DNA of 18,138 nucleotides from a virus (Duplodnaviria; Heunggongvirae; Uroviricota; Caudoviricetes): IMG/VR virus record IMGVR_UViG_648276671_000016; one strand, 5' to 3'. Shown piece by piece: positions 16,183 to 18,138 of this stretch (position 1 is its first letter; each line of letters starts with the position of its first letter). The notes under the pieces were generated by a model. It saw only the letters and a program-made list of their open reading frames with translations, ran no database searches and was not told where the DNA came from. The position numbers and the translations under genes were made by a program.

Positions 16183-16234
16183 TGAAATCCTGATATTATG
16201 CGAATTTTATATTCTCTGGTAGTAAGCCAGCTTT

Positions 16235-16266
16235 CCCCAAGGAGCTACTCCTTGGGGTTTTTATTT
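16235..16266 (+). terminator. Strong intrinsic terminator (tR'-like) just downstream of Q
   Basis: 10-bp GC-rich stem CCCCAAGGAG-CTA-CTCCTTGGGG (16235-16257) followed by TTTTTATTT. Confidence 0.65.
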
Positions 16267-16422
16267 ATAATTGCAACGACATTTATAATACCGTTGCTTT
16301 ATTGTAACGGTGTTCCCTGCTGTAGCCTTATTTTTTGTGGGTTTTTTCATGCTGAAGTTTGGCAAAGTGAACTTTGTATGCATATACTTCATCCAAATAT
16401 TCAGTAATATCAGGTGGATGAT

Positions 16423-17157
16423 ATGGCAATTACATGCTCAGTTATATTGGTTCTGGAGTCGTTTGATGTGTCTTTGGGAAAGAATAGAGTGTTTCTGGAA
16501 AAAGGCTCATCTGTACTTGTTGACTATGGAACCAGAGATTTTTTTCTGGCATATCCGGAAAGAGTTATAGTAGCGGATTTTGGTGGTGAATTTATTAGCC
16601 GCTATTTGAAAGCTAATAATCTAAGGGATTTTTCTGATTGTAGGGAATATCCATCTTATATAAAAACAAATTTTGCTGATTTCAGTCTAATTAAGGGATT
16701 AATTAGTTGGGCTAATCACTGCACTGAATACATTGAAGTTTTAGATGAGTCTATTGCATTTACATGCCTATCCGCATTTGCGTCGGAAAAACAATTTACA
16801 ATATTCCTGTTTGGATGTCTGAAAAGTGTAGGGGCTAAAGTTAAAGCGATTATTCATACGGATATGTCTGCACCCTGGCGTCTTAAAGATATATCTTCAA
16901 GATTATATCTCAGCGAAAGTTTGCTAAAGAGGAAATTGAGAGAAGAAGGTCTGTCATTCAGTAAAATTATACTTGATGAGAGGATGCGGATGGCTGAATA
17001 TTTACTCAGCACTCGTTGCTATTCTATTCGCAAAGTAGCCGAGGTCTGTGGTTATGTAAGTGTCTCGTACTTTGTTCATGTATTTAGACGTTATTTTGGT
17101 ATTTCTCCAAGCCAGTATTCACAGAAGAACTCAGAAAGTGAGATTATCACTCACTAG
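16423..17157 (+). CDS. AraC/XylS-family transcriptional regulator, AppY/GadX-like
   Basis: C-terminal AraC HTH region (WRLKDISSRLYLSESLLKRKLREEGLSFSKIILDERMRMAEYLL...SYFVHVFRRYFGISPSQY). N-terminus MAITCSVILVLESFD parallels AppY MDYVCSVVFICQSFD. ATG at 16423 has RBS AGGTGG; the ORF track starts at an upstream GTG. Strongly AT-rich gene. Confidence 0.85.
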   Translation: MAITCSVILVLESFDVSLGKNRVFLEKGSSVLVDYGTRDFFLAYPERVIVADFGGEFISRYLKANNLRDFSDCREYPSYIKTNFADFSLIKGLISWANHCTEYIEVLDESIAFTCLSAFASEKQFTIFLFGCLKSVGAKVKAIIHTDMSAPWRLKDISSRLYLSESLLKRKLREEGLSFSKIILDERMRMAEYLLSTRCYSIRKVAEVCGYVSVSYFVHVFRRYFGISPSQYSQKNSESEIITH

Positions 17158-17207
17158 AGAGGTACGGTATGCTGCTGATAGCTTTTACAGACCGTAGTAA
17201 TACACCC

Positions 17208-17230
17208 AGAATGGACGCCAGCATTATTGC
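17208..17230 (+). terminator. Intrinsic terminator after the AraC-family gene
   Basis: CCAGCA-TTAT-TGCTGG (17208-17223) followed by TTTTTTT. Confidence 0.5.
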
Positions 17231-17335
17231 TGGTTTTTTTGTAAAGTAAATCCGACAATTTCTTTAGCTATTTTATCTTCCTTTCTTTTTATCTTCGGTC
17301 TGATTATGCCATCCGTTCTGTACGGAGGTGAGGCT

Positions 17336-17551
17336 ATGAAATCCATGGACAAGTTAACAACGGGGGTCGCTTATGGCACATCGGCGGGTAATGCAGGTTT
17401 TTGGGCATTACAGCTACTTGATAAAGTGACCCCATCGCAGTGGGCTGCAATAGGTGTGCTGGGTAGTCTGATATTTGGTTTGCTGACGTACCTGACAAAC
17501 CTTTATTTCAAGATTAAAGAAGACAGGCGTAAGGCAGCACGGGGAGAGTAA
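17336..17551 (+). CDS. S: Class II holin / pinholin (phage 21 S-like), dual-start
   Basis: 71 aa [71 protein letters not shown]: two TM segments and a charged C-terminus. Met1-Lys-Ser-Met4 dual-start motif; RBS GGAGG. The ORF track starts earlier at 17306. Confidence 0.85.
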   Translation: MKSMDKLTTGVAYGTSAGNAGFWALQLLDKVTPSQWAAIGVLGSLIFGLLTYLTNLYFKIKEDRRKAARGE

Positions 17552-17555
17552 TTCG

Positions 17556-17900
17556 ATGACTCAAAACTATGAACTGGTTGTGAAAGGAACCCGCAATTAC
17601 GAGGATAAAGTTGCGGTAACTGTAGCATTACGGGACAAAAAACGCTTTGACGGTGAAATTTTTGACCTGGACATCTCGCTGGACCGTGTTGCAGGTGCCG
17701 CGCTGGAGTTTTATGAGGCAGCAGCCAGGAGGCGCATCAGACAGGTCTTCCTGGATGTCGCTGCCGGGTTATGTGAAGGGGATGTGCAGTCACCGGAAAA
17801 GCGCCCCGTAATTTTAGAGGCGCAGAATGTATGGATAACCTACAAAGGAAAGCTACCGGGAAGAATTACTGGTTCCCTGAAGACTCCGCCGAAATGGTAG
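17556..17900 (+). CDS. Hypothetical protein translationally coupled to the holin
   Basis: 114-aa ORF starting 5 nt after the holin stop with RBS GGGGAGAG. No SAR/TM segment and no lysozyme motifs, so it is not the expected endolysin. Confidence 0.5.
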   Translation: MTQNYELVVKGTRNYEDKVAVTVALRDKKRFDGEIFDLDISLDRVAGAALEFYEAAARRRIRQVFLDVAAGLCEGDVQSPEKRPVILEAQNVWITYKGKLPGRITGSLKTPPKW

Positions 17901-18138
17901 TTTTGCCAGCATAATTTTCTTCCAGCAATGCCGCCAGCCACTTGAAAGAATTTTGTTGTTCCTGGGACCATTTGGGGTTGCGTGATTCAAAATGAATGGA
18001 TGCCAGCGTTGGCAGCATTTGCTCCCTGGGAATTGATAAGGCCAGATGTGAAAATGCGACCGTGAGGGCATTAACATCATCCCGAAGCCTGGAGATGCAG
18101 CCGAGCAACTCCTGTAGAGAAATGGTGCTATTGTCCAT
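17866..18138 (-). CDS. Hypothetical protein, convergent with and overlapping the previous gene; possibly 5'-partial at window edge
   Basis: 90-aa minus-strand ORF whose Met codon is the last three nt of the window. Its 3' end overlaps the 3' end of the 17556-17900 gene by 35 nt. No plus-strand ORF exists in 17901-18138. Confidence 0.4.
   Translation of the reverse strand: MDNSTISLQELLGCISRLRDDVNALTVAFSHLALSIPREQMLPTLASIHFESRNPKWSQEQQNSFKWLAALLEENYAGKTTISAESSGNQ

Noticed and set aside
16198-16570. 69-aa and 86-aa plus-strand ORFs
   Set aside because: Fall in the AT-rich terminator/promoter region and overlap the AraC-family gene start; Phe/Ile/Leu-rich translations typical of AT-rich non-coding DNA.
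1-18138. tRNA/tmRNA genes, attachment-site core repeats, IS elements
   Set aside because: I found no cloverleaf-compatible tRNA-like segment, no transposase ORFs and no terminal inverted repeats. The att site is expected beyond the integrase stop, outside the window to the left.

Overview
This 18.1 kb window is a contiguous slice of a mosaic lambdoid prophage from an Enterobacteriaceae (Escherichia-like) genome, running from the integrase at the left edge to the start of the lysis cassette at the right edge. The leftward early operon (minus strand) carries int, xis, an exo-xis-type cluster of small ORFs including a TraR/DksA-like zinc-finger protein, and a phage-lambda-type Red module (exo, bet, short-form gam). 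The immunity region is not lambda-like: an S24-peptidase CI-type repressor, a small Cro-like protein and a YdaT-like protein, flanked by GTTGTT/AACAAC operator repeats. Lambda-type replication genes O (with ori iterons inside it) and P follow. Between P and the nin genes sits about 5.3 kb of lower-GC cargo: an intimin/invasin-family inverse autotransporter lacking a normal 5' end, and a convergent secreted esterase. The right part is a DLP12-like nin module (ybcN/ninB, ninE, ybcO, rusA, ylcG), a Q antiterminator with a short terminated transcript, an AT-rich AppY-like AraC regulator, and a phage-21-type pinholin. The strongest candidates for undescribed biology are an unassigned ORF in the N position next to gam, the disrupted autotransporter/esterase cargo, and an unknown convergent gene pair inserted directly after the holin. 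All protein assignments are from reading the translations and recalled family knowledge; no database search was run.
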